Assembly: GCA_040954595.2 (NCBI GenBank)
Contig: CM082580.2
Location: forward strand, 1-64,000
Length of the DNA stretch: 64,000 nt
Source: Balanoglossus misakiensis
Taxonomy: Eukaryota > Animalia > Hemichordata
Direction: 5' to 3'
The position numbers and the translations under genes were made by a program. Under the pieces are notes generated by a model. The model did not search any database, was not told the origin of the DNA, and saw only the letters and a program-made list of their open reading frames with translations. Of the stretch, positions 61,001-64,000 are shown piece by piece (the first letter of the stretch is position 1; each line of letters opens with the position of its first letter).

Positions 61001-64000
61001 GGGAAATATAATTTTGTCATTTTTGGTCAAAAATCATTTTCTCTGAAACTCCATGTCAGGTCAGGTTGCATTTAAATTTTGGTTTGCTTGTTCCATGAGG
61101 TAACCCAAGTAATGTTGTATATCATTTTGGTGAAATTTGCATATTTGTGGTCTTGAGGCAATTTTTGCAATTTGTATTCTTTGAAACCGCATGTCAAATT
61201 GCTTTCAATTTTGGTAGGCATGTTCCTTGTGGTGATTGAAGTGAGATATTGTTGGATTTGTTGATATCTGAATTTTTGTGGTTGAGGCAGTTTTTGTCAT
61301 TGTTGAAGAAATGTTGTTTTCACTGAAAATACTCCGATTCCTGTGAAATTGTATTAGGTTACCTGGTAGGTCATATCTGCTTGGCAATGTCACAGCGGTG
61401 TACACACCTATTTTTGTGTAATCCAAAGTGTGTAATAAGCTAGCAAATATTTACTAGTAAATCATGTATGTTCTACTTCTTACAAAGTTGAAGTATGTTG
61501 ATGTCTGGGTTAAATGGGATTCTTCAGAAACATACAATACAGAGTCTGTGGTACAGTTCATGGTCACATTCAGAATTACCTAGTCTATATCCAGCCGTGT
61601 TCTGTCCGCTTTGCTTCCAAAAGTATCGTCTAGTGTCATGCATGCCACTTGCCCAATAATCTGACACCCCTTGCTGGGAAATTTGATGTAACAAGTATCC
61701 CTTAGTGAAATTATTAACATAAATTGAACAATGTTGATTTGGCGTAAGATTATAGTGAAGGCAGGGCTTATTACATTGAAAATGCTATCCAGCCTTAATT
61801 ACACATTATGAATATCCTTTGTCCAATCATTGGAAAAACAATGTACCGTAGACTTGCATAGCACTTTGAAGGTGAATCGCAAGTGGTCACTTTAATTACA
61901 TTACCTCAAGCAGTCTTTTACATGTAGCTATAATAAGACAAACATTCCCGGTGTAATTAACATCACTGTTGTTATTAGTATCTATCTCCGATAAGTATCA
62001 AGTCTGCCTTATGTTATTTTAAGTCAATTGTCAGGTTCATGTACATATTTTACAACTTATCTATCTTGTCAAAAACTTTCGCATGTACCTAATTCTAGGC
62101 TTACCAGTAGGGTTATAGATACAGTGTATTATATTAACATGCATTAATATGAAACTAAATGTTGATGGTTAATTAAAGACCCCCTTGAGCTATGGTAACC
62201 TCATTAAATATGTGCATATCTTATTCTAGTGGATGTGGTAACCTGGACATGGACAACTCTGGGGTCAAAATCTTTTGACAAACTTTTGGGTGATCTTGGG
62301 TAAACTTTGACCTACATTCCTATATCTTGGCATCCGGCACAGATACATCCTTGACACTTGGAGTTATGGAACTATGTAATGGAATATTATGTCTTGCCTC
62401 ATTAATTATGTACATACCTAATGCCAGCCTAACCAATAGGGCTGGAAGTCTGCCTTTTTTTGGACATGATACATTTGAGATCAACATTTTTCTACAGCAG
62501 CCAGCCTTCTCTTAAAAAGAATGGACAATATAAAGGCTTTGCTGGTATACTGAACTTTGGACTCCCTCCCTGAGACTGTGTGCCAATGACGGGATAGCCT
62601 ACTCAGCGTTGGGTAGATCCTAAGAAGGCCTCAGCCAGGCATCAGATACAAAAAGCGGAAATCCAAGCTTTAATGGTGGGTTACATCGTTAACTTCCCTG
62701 CAGAGCTGATTTCTCAGACTGTGAGCCAATGACGGGTAAAGCCCCTAGGTAGGGGCCACCTAAGACAGGCCGGTCATGCTTTAGTCACAAAGAAGGGCAA
62801 GTTCAGTCATACCATAACTTTGTCTGCTGTATATGCTTCATAATGATTGCATGGTATTTTGAGAATACATTGTCTTAAGGCAGTGTGACCAGCTAAAAAG
62901 TACTGGCAAACACAGCCAATGTGTAATAAAAAACATCTAATTTGGCTGAATAAAAGACATAAAACACAGCAAAAGCACTGTGACTAGCTGAGACATAATA
63001 CTCCATTATGCATTTCCATCACTCCAAGTGTCAAGGTTGCATCTGCTCTGGATGCCAAGATATAGTAATGTTGGTCAAGGTTTACCCAAAGTCACCCAAA
63101 GTTCTGTCAAACAATTTTGACCCCAATGTTGTCCATGTTTAGGTTTCTCCCTCCACTGGATAGCCTACAATTAGATATGCAAATATTTAATGACATTACC
63201 ATAGATTAAGGCGGTCCTAAATTAACCATGAAATTATAGTTTCATGTTAATTCTTGTTATTACAAAACACTGTATCTATAACCCTTCTGGAAGCCATACT
63301 TTGTTTCATGCTACCCAATATGTGAAAGTAGGTAAAAAATCAGCCAAGGTTATTTGAAATTTTGCTGAAAAAAATCCGGTCCCTGACATTTGGTAAAGGG
63401 GTCAAGACACTTGGCAACAAATTGTTGTCCCAGATTAGAACATATTCATAAAAAACTCAGGGAAAGAAGGAAGTTTTTCACAGCTTTGGTGCTTCAAATA
63501 GTAGAGAGGTTCCCAAGTTATTTCAATGAAACCTTAATGTCAACATTACATCGTTAGACTCGAACTCATCTGGCATAAAGCTGCTAGTTAAAGCCCTAAG
63601 GGTTGTGCCACTTTTTCATTATTTTCATCTAAGATTTGTCAATCTAAATAAGCTTACTGCTAGGTATACATCTACATGAACATCTTGTTGACTGACGATT
63701 GTGGCTGTAATTTAAAGAAGTCAGATATTTAACAGGTACCACACCTGTTTAATCTGCCTCTATACAAAGGGTACACATCTATAGTGGTATGCATCACCTA
63801 GATATGACAAACATAAGCACTTCAAGTAATATGGCTTTATGGTGGCGATTTTGAAGGATGTGGAGAAGATTTGAAAAACACTCTTGAGGAAAAAGATGTG
63901 TTAAATCTTTGAAATGTGTTTTATTCTTTGGTTCCCATTTCGTATATGTCTATCTACCACTGGGACCAATGTGAAATTGGTGGAAACTGGTCAAATTGCT

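Larger units (their letters stand above)
45140..64000. mobile_element. Giant inverted repeat: arms ~45140-52283 and 58616 to beyond 64000, 6.3-kb spacer
   Basis: Colinear reverse-complement matches: 45185/63960, 45630/63460, 46140-46720/62400-62990, 47040-47570/61570-62100, 49070-49900/60830-61570, 50640-52283/58616-60460. Confidence 0.9.

Overview
AT-rich, intron-containing animal genomic DNA. The repeat and domain content suggests a marine invertebrate (inference); it is not prokaryotic, and no CRISPR or rRNA is present. The one clear host gene is the 3' part of a multi-exon SVEP1/uninflatable-like membrane protein (19591-28111, +): pentraxin, HYR, sushi, 4x GCC2/GCC3, EGF, TM and an NPxY tail. 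It carries a premature stop and two broken splice sites. The rest is dominated by nested inverted-repeat architecture. (1) A ~13.5-kb foldback (about 5.2-18.7 kb) plus a further inverted copy at 2.3-3.7 kb holds three scrambled copies of an intron-containing multi-OB-fold gene, which can be assembled only by combining copies. (2) A 4.7-kb palindrome (40098-44825) is made of two head-to-head 5' halves of a DNA transposon, with a 3-bp direct repeat at its ends. (3) An inverted repeat of at least 19 kb (about 45.1 kb to the window end) has a spacer containing a decayed Crypton-type tyrosine recombinase and exons of a secreted pentraxin/PAN-like gene; its arms carry a nested invertible-looking cassette. 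Also present: 309-bp, 82-86-bp and 160-bp tandem arrays, tRNA-derived heads, many MITEs (several with the empty site visible in the opposite arm), a solo LTR, a LINE RT fragment and a GC-rich retroelement-like fragment. All alignments were made by eye, so coordinates of diverged repeats are approximate and family names are inferences that need HMM/BLAST confirmation.
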